Shown here one piece after another: positions 61,801-64,000 of a stretch of 64,000 bases of DNA. This DNA comes from Antedon mediterranea (taxonomy: Eukaryota; Animalia; Echinodermata). Position numbers and translations under genes: made by a program. Location of the stretch: NCBI RefSeq assembly GCF_964355755.1, contig NC_092677.1:6780101-6844100 (forward strand), read 5' to 3'. Within the stretch, counting starts at the first letter, position 1, and each line of letters opens with the position of its first letter. A model generated the notes under the pieces. It saw only the letters and a program-made list of their open reading frames with translations. It was not told the DNA's origin and did no database searches.

Positions 61801-64000
61801 CTAAATAAACGTCACAGTTGAAGTATTGATTAACATATTACTTGGGTATTGAGATAAGATACTTGTTTTTAGTTATAATTATCAAAAATATAAAATCTAT
61901 ACAATACCTATTGTTACTAATTGGTTAATTAAAATTAATATTTTGGTGCATTGTATGTCAACAATAGAAATTATCAAATCAACAGAATTATGTCAAATTA
62001 AAAATATATCAAATTTTGTACCAGCAGAAAATGTCATATAGTGAAGATAATATATTTAGTCAATCTATGGCATTCTCGTACTCATATTGATGTTGTCATT
62101 ATCGATATCTCCACCCCATATTTAGTCATAATATTCTCATATTTGGCGATAAATAGAATGTCAGCATAGGCATGAATAAATAAATAAACGTCAAGATATA
62201 TAGGCCGACAAAATAACCGTTACAAGCAACAAAAAACGGATACGTAGATAGTCTGTAGACAGGCAGAAAACGAAACTTATAACTTATCTGATCGAGCAGC
62301 ATTAATTTCATCTGGTAAATATATTAATTATATTAAAAATTTGATGTTATCAAAAGACAAAATTCAATACAATTCTCCTAAATTTAAATTGAATTTTATT
62401 AAATAAACTGTCCTGATCAAACGATTAATTCAAGGCCCGCCCCTCATGTGTACTATCATCATCTGAAGGGCAACATGTTTCACATAATCAGCAACATCGA
62501 GTATGTTTAAAAAAAAAATTAAAAAATTCACTAAATAATGCCTTTTGACCATGATTTATAATCTGGAGATTAATATACCTCAACTCCACCATAGACATCT
62601 TGTTTATGTACTTTATTAACACTATACATAATAGTAAATCAAAAATTAGTTTTTATGTGAAAACATTCTTAGTGGAAATTAGCAATATACATTTAAAACT
62701 CTTCGCCTCAAAGAATAATCTTTAATGATTGTATATCTAAATATAAAATTGCCGTATCGCGAATCTAACAGTTGTATTTCAAGATTCTTTTTCTCATAGT
62801 TTTATTATTTAAAATAGATTATCATCAATAACTTGGTTGGATCAACCTTGAAACTTTAACATTACAAAAATTTTTTTGTTATCGCTCATTATCAACAACA
62901 TATTTTAAGTTAACAGGTAGAGAGTATGTCTAAACATTACCGGTGAACTTTTGAACTCACTAACATATCATTAACCTAAAATAATATGTGAAATAAAGCC
63001 ATAGAATATTTTTATACACAAAATAAATGTACAATAATATTATTTGTATCGTAATGATGACCGGTTCCACGCAAATTTTCTTTGAAAAATGGTGTATCAG
63101 TGAGTTTGATTTAATGGCAATTCTCGAATAAATTAAATGCTGTTGATACGTTATATGGAGAGCGAGGACACCTGCCTTTCATGATTCATTACACTACATC
63201 GTTAAACGTCCAAAGTGACAGAGAAAAAAAACGACGAACTTCACTTGCATAAAAATCACATACGACAAAAATAAAAGCATACACTGTCAACATAGCTCCT
63301 ATCTTTAAATAATATTTTTCTAATGAAACAACCAAAATAAACTTAATGACGTATATTTTCTTTAATAAACATACAACTATTTAAAATTTCAAAGTAATAA
63401 AATAGGTAATGTATTATCTCACAGTCATTGTGAAATTCGTGAAATTCGTGAAATTCGTGAATCGTGTACAATAGCGGGTAGGAAACCAAACATCCCGTTT
63501 GTTTTCTAATTGATAAGAACAAAAAGATGATGAAAAATTAAATGAGTTGAGTATAATGACTCTATATAACCCTGATGCAGTTATCTGAACTTGTGAAAAG
63601 GAAATGAAAAAAAGGGCTTGGTTATATAACTGCGCAGTCGTGATATGCAAGTCAATGAGGCCCAGGACTGGCCTGGAAATTTACAGAGCGGAGATAACCG
63701 TACTAACGGAGAAGGACAATTCGAAGATACGCAAGCATACGGACGCCATTTTGCTATCGCTATTTTCATACTAAACGATTAGGTTTTAAAATTATATTAT
63801 TTCTAGAACTATATTGTGTAGTCGTTTCCATGTTAAATGTTAATCCTATTAACCTATCATCAACAACAATCTGTTGCATACCACATATGAGTTCCAATAT
63901 TGGGTTTTAAACCACAACATTCTGAGAGAAACAGATTGAATTGTATGCCAATATGAATGAAAGAATTTTTAGGGCGCTTTGGAAGAATAGGTGAAGTGAA

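Noticed and set aside
63680-63749. MASVCLRIFELSFSVSTVISAL (-) as PIGU exon 1
   Set aside because: In-frame stop after 22 codons and no PIG-U motif.

Overview
AT-rich animal (metazoan, probably marine invertebrate) genomic DNA with GT-AG introns; nothing prokaryotic and no CRISPR array. Four protein-coding loci: (1) the 3' end of a CUB-domain type I membrane protein (+, <1-757); (2) the last six exons of the GPI transamidase subunit PIGU (-, 4796-19121), whose N-terminal exons I could not find upstream; (3) a two-exon gene with two tandem Myb/SANT-like (MSANTD/Harbinger-type) domains and a C-terminal coiled coil (-, 29572-32584); (4) an orphan single-pass membrane protein with a tiny ectodomain and a motif-rich tail (+, 38878-39597). 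The rest is intron/intergenic DNA rich in SINEs (CORE-SINE; composite 5S+tRNA+CORE-like+Deu/Nin SINE), LINE 3' tails, MITEs and minisatellites, several of which grew out of MITE repeats; 44-64 kb has no recognisable gene. The most unusual structure is at 58.2-59.3 kb: a TTAA-flanked element containing a minimal type I hammerhead ribozyme (Penelope-type) next to a terminally redundant 368-bp unit that carries a Pro-like tRNA body with a Thr anticodon. All calls were made by eye; no searches were run.
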